Source: Spirochaetaceae bacterium (GTDB lineage Bacteria > Spirochaetota > Spirochaetia > DSM-2461). From it: a stretch of 64,000 nt of DNA. Location: assembly GCA_051531975.1 (NCBI GenBank), contig JAOPTT010000005.1, positions 352,001 through 416,000 on the forward strand, given 5' to 3'. Shown here in pieces: positions 56,489 through 64,000 of the stretch (positions within the stretch are counted from its first letter, which is position 1; each line of letters begins with the position of its first letter). The notes below the pieces were generated by a model. That model worked only from the letters and a program-made list of their open reading frames with translations. It was not told the origin of the DNA and did no database searches. The position numbers were made by a program, and so were the translations under genes.

Positions 56489-59400
56489 TTATCTAAATAA
56501 ATCTGCCAATAATTGACTTAATTCACTTATCTGATATGGTTTCTGAATGAATCCTGATAATCCAGCATCTTTCATCTCTTTAATGTTATCATCCTTTGTA
56601 AAACCGGATGAGATAATTATTTTACAATCTTTATCAATTTTTTTTATTTTAAAAAATGCTTCTTGACCACTAACTTTTGGCATTATCATATCCATGATTA
56701 TTACATCAATTATATCAATATTTAATTTATAAACTTCTAAGGCTTCCTCTCCATCCATAGCAGTTATGATCGTATAACCTAAATCCTCAAGCATAGCTTT
56801 CCCAGTTACTCTTATTAATTCTTCATCATCTACAAGAAGTATGGTACCATGTCCCAATATGATGTGTTGTTCATTTTCAGCTAAGTATATATCACTCTCA
56901 GAACAGGGCAATTTGATGTGAAATGATGTTCCAGTACCTTCTTCACTATATGCATTTATTACACCATGATGATCCTTTATAGTCCCATAAACTACTGACA
57001 ATCCTAAACCTGTTCCCTCCCCAAGTTTTTTTGTTGTATAAAATGGATCAAATATTTTGGTTATTTTCTCTGCTGGAATACCAAATCCTGTATCTTGGAT
57101 TTCTATATCACAATACATTCCAGGAGTTATATCAAACTGTGATGCATTACAATAATTTTCATCTAGTATTATATCTTTGGTTGTAATTTTAATTTCTCCA
57201 CCATCAGGCATTGCATGACTGGAATTAATTCCTAAGTTGAGTAAAATATTTTGCAACCCAGAACTATCACCAATAATATTAAAATATTTTGATTGCTTAT
57301 TTACTATAATTCTTATTTTTTTATCAATTGTTCTATTAAAAATTTCAACTGTTTCATCAATTATTTCATGTATATTAAGTATCGAATAATTCAATTCGCC
57401 TTTCCGGCTGAATGCCAGTAGTTTAGATATTAAATCAGCAGCCCTTACAGATGCTTTCATAATCATATCAACAAGTGTCAATCCATGTTTATCAATTTTT
57501 CTTTTAGGATTTTTCAATAAGTGGACTGCGTTTAATATCCCAGTTAACATATTATTAAAATCATGTGCCATACCACCAGCAAGTTGTCCAATTGCATCCA
57601 TTTTACTACTCTGATTTAACTCATCCATTAACTTATGTTTTTTAGTAACATCATCGATTCTAATTACAGCACCTTCTTTATCACTTTCCTGTAGTGGATA
57701 AATTGTAATATCAACAAATAAGTCATCATCCATTTCCACTTTAATATTCAGATCACTAATTATATCCCCGGTTTGAATACTTTCTATAATACGATTCATA
57801 TCCAAGTTAAAATCAGGTAATAAAACATCCAAAATATTCCCTTTAGCATCTTCAGACGATATAGATGTTTTCTCTACCGCTGTTCTATTCCATAATGTAA
57901 CAACTCCCGTTTTATCTATACCGGCAATTAAGGATGGCATAGAATCTAAAACTTCTGCCTGGTATTTTTTTAGATGTAATATATCAGCCTCGGATTTTTT
58001 CTGATTTTTAAGTGCATCATTTAGTTTGTATATATAAAATAAAATAATTATAGCCAGAGCCCAGCATGCAATAGTTATAAGAATCCTAAATAAAAGAGTG
58101 TCTCTAAATAGTGGGATAATATGAATTTTTATCGAATGACCTATTTCGTTCCAGATACCATCACTATTTGATGCTATTACTCTGAATATATAATCACCAC
58201 CATCTAAATGTGTATAACTGGCATACCTTCGTTTACTAGATACCTCTATCCAATCCTTATCAAATCCTTCGAGTTTATATTTGTATTTGTTTTTTGATGG
58301 ATTAGAATAATCTAAAGCGGCAAATTCAAATGAGAAAAAGTTGTCATCGTATTCCAACTCAATAAAATCCAGATTTGATGTAGAACCCAGACTTGTTACC
58401 TCTTTATTAAAAATTTTAAATGACGTAATAACCACAGGAGGAAGTACTTCATTTTCTTTTATACTATCTGGATAGAAATGAACCAGTCCATTAAAAGACC
58501 CAAAAAAGAGCTCTCCACTGTTTGTTTTTAAAGTTGAACTTCGGTTAAAGGGATTAATATCATAGTTTTTGAAACTATCTGCATATTCTGAATATACCGA
58601 AAGACCCCTCGATGTACTAATCCATAAGTTTCCATTGTCTTCTAACACTAGACCTGAAATGGAATCATCAACAAGTCCATTTTTTGTTGTATAAAAAGTC
58701 AGTTTACCGGTTGATATCTCTTTTTTTATAAGTTTAGTAGAAGTTCCAATCCATAAGTTATTATTTTGATCTTCTTTTATATCTGTAATTAATAGTCCTA
58801 AATATGAACCTGGATTTTCAGGATCTTCTAATGTCTGAGTAAAAGAGTCATTGTTAGAATTATATTTAAACATACCCCTAATACTGCCATGCCATATATT
58901 TTGTGAAGAGTCTTCGAAAATAGGGGAACTAAATGCTTCCTTTACTGGATAATGGATGAATAGTTTCGTATCATAAGAGTACCTTATCACTCCACTTAAT
59001 TGGGTACCGATCCATACATTGTTTTTTGAATCAACCATTACAGATCTGATTATTTTTTCACTGAAAAACCGGGTAAAATCATCTGTTTTCCTATTATATC
59101 TATTTAATCCTGATACTGTTGCAATCCAAATATTCCGTTCCTGATCTTCTGCGATCATAGTTATAGAGTTATTAGATATACTTTTTGGATTATTTTGATT
59201 GGAAGTATAAATAGTATATTTATCATCCTCTGGATTATATCTATTTAGACCTCCGTTAGCCGTTCCAATCCACAACTCTCCAAATGAATCTTCAAATACT
59301 GATTTAACATCGTCATCACTAAGACTGTTTATGTCTTCCGGATTGTTTTTTATAAAAGAAAACCGTTCGTCCTTACTGTCATATCGGTTAAGTCCTGCGC

Positions 59401-60412
59401 CATATGTACCAGCCCAAAGAACCCCAGTACTGTCTTCAAATAGCCCCCAAACATCGTTGGAACTGATTGACTTGGAGTTTCCAATCTTCTTTTTATATGA
59501 GTTAAATTTATTGTTTTCAGAATTATATATGTTTAGACCTCCACCCCAGGTTGAGACCCATATAGTTCCCTCATTATCTTCTATAACACGGATGGCCGAT
59601 TTATGACTAATACTTCCAGTATCATTTTCATCATAATTGAAATGTGAATAGTTTTCTGATGATTTATTATATCTATAAATACCATTACCAATTGTAGGCA
59701 TCCAAATATCGCCATTTGAAGTTTCCGTAATACTTACACTTTGTGTCATATCGGTTAAATCAACAGTATAGTTACTGTTTTGTATATCATATCTATTTAA
59801 TATTCCGATGAAAGTAGTGATCCATAATACATTATCATTATCTATTAATATTGCTCCAATTCTATCGGTACTAAGACTATTAATATCATCTGGATCATGT
59901 CTGAAGTGAGTAAAATTACCAGTTTTTTCATCCAGTCTATTTATACCTTTATCAATGGTGGATACCCAGATATTTCCATCAAGGTCTTCTGTAATACTGT
60001 ATGTACTGTTACTAGATAGAGAGTTCTCATTATCCGGGTCATTAATATAAGGTAAAAAATTATCACTTTCTTCGTTATATAAAAATAATCCACCGTTAAC
60101 AACAGCAATCCATAATCTATCACTACTATCAATAAAGACATCAACTGCAGGACCACTTCCTATTGAATTGGGAGAATCTTCATCGGGTAAATAATTTACA
60201 AAATCATAACCATCAAAACGGCTAATACCATTTCCAGTTCCTAACCAGATAAAACCTTTTGAATCCTGTACAATGTCGTAAACAACCAGATTTGATAGAC
60301 CCTCATCTGCACCATAACTTTCAAAATTAATTTCTTTGGGAGCCGTATCAGCAAAAAGATCAGCCAATAAAAAAAATATTAGGATATATAACAGTGTTTT
60401 TTTTGTGTCCAT
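56489..60412 (-). CDS. Hybrid histidine kinase: beta-propeller (Reg_prop)/Y_Y_Y sensor, TM, PAS, HisKA, HATPase, receiver
   Basis: About 14 D..G..W.GT..G..RY repeats; YKYKLEGFDKDW...YTHLDGGDY; LAGGMAHDFNNML; FDPFYTTK..GEGTGLGL; receiver VDDE...MDMIMP...QKP. Confidence 0.93.
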   Translation of the reverse strand: MDTKKTLLYILIFFLLADLFADTAPKEINFESYGADEGLSNLVVYDIVQDSKGFIWLGTGNGISRFDGYDFVNYLPDEDSPNSIGSGPAVDVFIDSSDRLWIAVVNGGLFLYNEESDNFLPYINDPDNENSLSSNSTYSITEDLDGNIWVSTIDKGINRLDEKTGNFTHFRHDPDDINSLSTDRIGAILIDNDNVLWITTFIGILNRYDIQNSNYTVDLTDMTQSVSITETSNGDIWMPTIGNGIYRYNKSSENYSHFNYDENDTGSISHKSAIRVIEDNEGTIWVSTWGGGLNIYNSENNKFNSYKKKIGNSKSISSNDVWGLFEDSTGVLWAGTYGAGLNRYDSKDERFSFIKNNPEDINSLSDDDVKSVFEDSFGELWIGTANGGLNRYNPEDDKYTIYTSNQNNPKSISNNSITMIAEDQERNIWIATVSGLNRYNRKTDDFTRFFSEKIIRSVMVDSKNNVWIGTQLSGVIRYSYDTKLFIHYPVKEAFSSPIFEDSSQNIWHGSIRGMFKYNSNNDSFTQTLEDPENPGSYLGLLITDIKEDQNNNLWIGTSTKLIKKEISTGKLTFYTTKNGLVDDSISGLVLEDNGNLWISTSRGLSVYSEYADSFKNYDINPFNRSSTLKTNSGELFFGSFNGLVHFYPDSIKENEVLPPVVITSFKIFNKEVTSLGSTSNLDFIELEYDDNFFSFEFAALDYSNPSKNKYKYKLEGFDKDWIEVSSKRRYASYTHLDGGDYIFRVIASNSDGIWNEIGHSIKIHIIPLFRDTLLFRILITIACWALAIIILFYIYKLNDALKNQKKSEADILHLKKYQAEVLDSMPSLIAGIDKTGVVTLWNRTAVEKTSISSEDAKGNILDVLLPDFNLDMNRIIESIQTGDIISDLNIKVEMDDDLFVDITIYPLQESDKEGAVIRIDDVTKKHKLMDELNQSSKMDAIGQLAGGMAHDFNNMLTGILNAVHLLKNPKRKIDKHGLTLVDMIMKASVRAADLISKLLAFSRKGELNYSILNIHEIIDETVEIFNRTIDKKIRIIVNKQSKYFNIIGDSSGLQNILLNLGINSSHAMPDGGEIKITTKDIILDENYCNASQFDITPGMYCDIEIQDTGFGIPAEKITKIFDPFYTTKKLGEGTGLGLSVVYGTIKDHHGVINAYSEEGTGTSFHIKLPCSESDIYLAENEQHIILGHGTILLVDDEELIRVTGKAMLEDLGYTIITAMDGEEALEVYKLNIDIIDVIIMDMIMPKVSGQEAFFKIKKIDKDCKIIISSGFTKDDNIKEMKDAGLSGFIQKPYQISELSQLLADLFR

Positions 60413-60492
60413 CAGTAATATTATATAACAAAAATATTATAATTACGAATTAAGCTTGGTATGTCACTATCAGAATATAAAGATCCTGATTA

Positions 60493-61926
60493 TTAACACT
60501 TCTTAACTGATATCCTATTACGGCCACTTTTTTTAGCTATATATAATTGATTATCGGCTATTGTAACCCAGTTTCCAAGGGTATCGTTTCTCTTTGGTAC
60601 TCCAGTACATATACCACAACTTATTGTTATAGGGTTAATAATACCTTCATGTTTTATTAGTTCAACATTTTTTCTAATTCGTTCTGTAACAACAGTAGCT
60701 TCATCTAAATCAGTATTAGGCATTAATAGTAAAAACTCTTCTCCACCATATCTTGTAAGTAGGTCAGTTTCCCTAATATCATTTTGGAAACTATTAGCTA
60801 ATTTTTTTAATACATTATCACCAACATCATGACCGTATAAATCATTCACATTTTTAAAAAAGTCTATATCAATCATTACAACAGATATACTGTTTTTACC
60901 TCTAATTGCCGCTTCAAATAATAATCGACCTTCAATTTGTAATCGATGTCTACTACCAAGCCCTGTTAATGCATCCTCCATTGCCATCTTATAAGCTTTT
61001 TCATGGGATAAAGCATTCTCTAATGCTATTGCAATATTGTCTCCTATAATTTCTGACAATTCTAAATGTCGTTTTGAAAAATGATTTTTTGTATAACCAT
61101 CCAGGGTTAATAAGCCAACTATTTCCCCTCCAGATATCAATGGGATTCCTATCCACGATTCTATAGGTCGTTCTGCTCCTGGTCTGGAAAATGTTGGAAA
61201 ATCTCTATGGATGTCATTTGATAATAAAGGTCTGTTATTTTGAAGTACATAGGTATTCATACTGCCTTTAATAGGATATTTGAATTTTAATTTTAATATA
61301 GCACTGTTGTCTTTAAAACCTACAGCACCAATTGGCCTAGAGTAACCATCCTTTAGAGTCTGAATAGTTGCTGTCTCATAGGGGATTAATTGGCTAATCT
61401 CAATTAAGATTTTACGCACGGTCTCTTTTAACTCTAAGGATGAACTAATAACCTTTACAATTTCTCCTATAGTTTCAAGTTCTTCAGATCTTTGTCTCTC
61501 TTCTTCGATACTTTTTCTAAGTTTTTGTTCAACCTCTTTTAAGTCAGAAATATCAAAATCACACCCGACAAAAATAACAGGTTTTCCATCTTCTGTTTTC
61601 TTTGCTATTTTACCTAATGAGTGTATCCATTTATATGAGTTGTCACTGTTTTTAAGTCTGTATATTTCATGAAAAAGGTCAAGTTTACCTAAGCGAATAT
61701 TCTTTAAAGCATCAGTAACTCTTTTCCTATCATCTTGATGAATATAGGATAAGTAGGATTCTTCAATATCTTTTTTAGGGGTGAAGTTACTAGGTATAGC
61801 CTTCCACTCATTACTGAGTAGAAAATCTCCTGTTATATAATTGGAAATATATAATCCTAGACTAGCCAATGTTTCTAATACATCGGCATCATCCATTGAA
61901 AAACTCTCATATAGACTTTTTTCCAT
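60493..61926 (-). CDS. PAS-GAF-GGDEF diguanylate cyclase
   Basis: PAS_3 IHQDD...YKWI; GAF SWIGIPL; DIDFFKNVND.YGH; I-site RETD; active site GGEEF. Confidence 0.93.
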   Translation of the reverse strand: MEKSLYESFSMDDADVLETLASLGLYISNYITGDFLLSNEWKAIPSNFTPKKDIEESYLSYIHQDDRKRVTDALKNIRLGKLDLFHEIYRLKNSDNSYKWIHSLGKIAKKTEDGKPVIFVGCDFDISDLKEVEQKLRKSIEEERQRSEELETIGEIVKVISSSLELKETVRKILIEISQLIPYETATIQTLKDGYSRPIGAVGFKDNSAILKLKFKYPIKGSMNTYVLQNNRPLLSNDIHRDFPTFSRPGAERPIESWIGIPLISGGEIVGLLTLDGYTKNHFSKRHLELSEIIGDNIAIALENALSHEKAYKMAMEDALTGLGSRHRLQIEGRLLFEAAIRGKNSISVVMIDIDFFKNVNDLYGHDVGDNVLKKLANSFQNDIRETDLLTRYGGEEFLLLMPNTDLDEATVVTERIRKNVELIKHEGIINPITISCGICTGVPKRNDTLGNWVTIADNQLYIAKKSGRNRISVKKC

Positions 61927-61993
61927 CAGTTTATTCTCCGTTCATATTCTATCATGAAAAAATTAATAACTAAATTATACTCTAAACAATATC

Positions 61994-64000
61994 CTAAAGT
62001 TTCAATAGAGAAGTTAAATCTTCACTATGTTTAACATTTGTTTTAAATAATCGTTCAATTGAAAATATATTCTCTTTAAGCTTAATAATCTGATTTTCCT
62101 GGTTATCTATAAGAGAAAAAGTGGATTCTAACATGGATTTAAAATCTTCAAGACTATGCTGAACATCATCATTAATATTTTTATTCGATTCAGAAAGTTC
62201 TTTTATCGTTGAACTATCTTTTATTAATGCTTTTATGGATTCTAGAAGTAGTGTTGTTTCAGAATACTGACCTTCGATATTCTCTCTGGTTTTATCCATT
62301 AGTTTTGAACTGTTTATTGCCTCATCAATAATTGTAAAAAGTCCATTTTCTACTTCTACAGATAATCTGGAAGTTTCTGAAATAGCAAGTTCCATAGCCT
62401 CCAACTTTAAACTACTAGCTTTTACCTGTGTCCGTGTTTGGGATGAGAGGTTCCTCACTTCATTTGCAACGACTGCGAATCCTTTGCCGGCTTCTCCTGC
62501 ATGAGCAGACTCTATTGCTGCATTAACCGCAAGAAGGTCTGTTCTCTCTGAAATGTCCATAATTCCGGTTAGGACATCATTAATAACCTGTGCATGCTCC
62601 TGAATCGATTTTACGGCCTTTGTAGAGTTTGTAATTGTAGCTCTATTATCTTGGGCAATTTCACTAAGATATTTTGATTTTGTATGGGTATCAGTAATGT
62701 TATTCTGGTTATTCATCATTTTATTTGTAACACTAGATAATGTCTCTTCAATCTGATTGGCAAAAAGAGTCTGGTTTGTAACAGCTTCTAGGATTTCATT
62801 GATAGATTTTGATAGATCTATTTTAATCTTAGGAATAGTACTCTCAATATTTGTAACCTGGGACTTAATCTCTTCTGATACTTTTTTGTTAGCAGCACTA
62901 TTCTCAACTATAATTTCACTGGATAGATCAATTTTTTCTTTTAGTAAATTACCAGAGTCCTTAAGACTTGAAGCTACCGATGTTATTCCCTTTATCATCT
63001 CTTGTTGGTCTTTGTTGATTTCCGCAATAGATTCTGCCTGTAATATACTCTTTTTAGCAATTGAATTTTGCTGATTAGATAAAATGATGAACATAGCAAG
63101 AATGTAAAAAAGAAATCCGTATGGAACCATATAAGCATCAGGAATAACATTGGAACTTACATAGACTAGGTCATGTATAATAAATCCAAGAAAAATTAAA
63201 AATGCTAATAAAAGTATCAATGTATCATTGTTTCTATTTTTTATAAATGAGACCACTGTTATGTAAAGTGTAGTCACTATTATAAAAGGGAAATAATATG
63301 ATGTCATAAAGTTAAGTACTATATCTACTCCATGTCTGGAACTTTTAGTAAATACTAATATTGTAAGAATTATTGCAGGAATAATTGTCATAGTTAACAA
63401 ACTTTTCCGGAACTTTTTAGTTTTTGTAAACTCCAATACAAAACTCAGAAGTGCTGAGTGCGCAAGTATAAAACCTAATACACTGGCTTTCATTATAGGT
63501 AGTTCATAACCAAAATCAGATGAAAGACTTATTTCTAGATAGGCCATAGTTACAGACATCGATAATAAAGAAAACAGTAAATACCGTCTGTCACTAATTA
63601 CACTAGTAAAAAAAAGATAAATAAAATAGAGAGATATTAGAAAGCAAACTAAACTTATTCCCCTTATCAGATAAGAACTAAGAAAGTATATACCAAATTT
63701 ATCTTTGGATATCTGTTTATAGGTTGAAATATGCATATTAACCAATGGGTTCATATAACCATGGGGGTAAATTTCAACTCTTATGTCATTATTTGATTTC
63801 TTTAATAGCTCAGGTGCTAATATGGTTTTAATAGAAGTAAATCCATTTGCAACGACCTTTTCTCCAATATCTCCAGAAATTGCTACTAGTTGGTTATTCA
63901 GATAAATCTTTATAGGATATGGTGTGAAGGGGAGGGATAGTCCTAAAACCTCATCTTTTAAATCCGAGGGGATATTAAATGTAGTTGCTAAAGTAACCAT
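61994..64000 (-). CDS. Methyl-accepting chemotaxis protein with 7TM-DISM-like sensor; 5' end probably outside the window
   Basis: Seven hydrophobic helices, then signalling hairpin [33 protein letters not shown]. Confidence 0.88.
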   Translation of the reverse strand: MVTLATTFNIPSDLKDEVLGLSLPFTPYPIKIYLNNQLVAISGDIGEKVVANGFTSIKTILAPELLKKSNNDIRVEIYPHGYMNPLVNMHISTYKQISKDKFGIYFLSSYLIRGISLVCFLISLYFIYLFFTSVISDRRYLLFSLLSMSVTMAYLEISLSSDFGYELPIMKASVLGFILAHSALLSFVLEFTKTKKFRKSLLTMTIIPAIILTILVFTKSSRHGVDIVLNFMTSYYFPFIIVTTLYITVVSFIKNRNNDTLILLLAFLIFLGFIIHDLVYVSSNVIPDAYMVPYGFLFYILAMFIILSNQQNSIAKKSILQAESIAEINKDQQEMIKGITSVASSLKDSGNLLKEKIDLSSEIIVENSAANKKVSEEIKSQVTNIESTIPKIKIDLSKSINEILEAVTNQTLFANQIEETLSSVTNKMMNNQNNITDTHTKSKYLSEIAQDNRATITNSTKAVKSIQEHAQVINDVLTGIMDISERTDLLAVNAAIESAHAGEAGKGFAVVANEVRNLSSQTRTQVKASSLKLEAMELAISETSRLSVEVENGLFTIIDEAINSSKLMDKTRENIEGQYSETTLLLESIKALIKDSSTIKELSESNKNINDDVQHSLEDFKSMLESTFSLIDNQENQIIKLKENIFSIERLFKTNVKHSEDLTSLLKL

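Noticed and set aside
3074..63074. Short ORF-track entries antisense to or inside long genes (e.g. 6556-6849, 24278-24688, 24824-25219, 29129-29410, 37973-38341, 39572-39934, 62757-63074)
   Set aside because: They shadow well-supported genes, lack SD sequences and motifs, and have the composition of reverse-complement frames.
1..64000. tRNA, rRNA, IS elements, prophage genes
   Set aside because: No cloverleaf or rRNA-like GC-rich segments and no transposase, integrase or phage structural motifs were found.

Overview
AT-rich bacterial chromosomal segment, gene-dense, with no rRNA, tRNA, CRISPR array, transposase or phage gene recognisable. Many lipoboxes and signal peptides ending in A(N/E)GxxE suggest a free-living spirochaete (inference, not a database match). 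From left to right: a HisKA_3 sensor kinase cut by the window edge; a GH2/MFS/membrane-anchored propeller glycan locus with a divergent ArsR-type regulator; guaC; an Arn-like surface-modification cluster (two SMR flippase subunits, GT2, ATP-grasp ligase, NitT/TauT ABC importer, convergent GT-C transferase); a sulfur-transfer operon (split YeeE around TusA/YeeD, atypical thioredoxin reductase, two exported rhodaneses); a LacI-flanked operon of rhamnose mutarotase, URO-D/MtaA-family protein and sugar ABC transporter next to a PocR-AraC regulator; then a patchwork of accessory genes (MazG-like, SF2 helicase with membrane helices and a GC-rich tandem repeat, S66 peptidase, argC, pyrE, hicAB, YtrA-NfeD-SPFH, serine hydrolases, GyrI/WYL, MATE, Fe3+ ABC) and signalling genes (propeller hybrid kinase, PAS-GAF-GGDEF, 7TM MCP). 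The best candidates for under-described systems are the Arn-like/ATP-grasp/importer cluster, the putative methyl-deoxysugar demethylation operon and the periplasm-to-cytoplasm sulfur relay. All function calls come from motifs read by eye; no searches were run.
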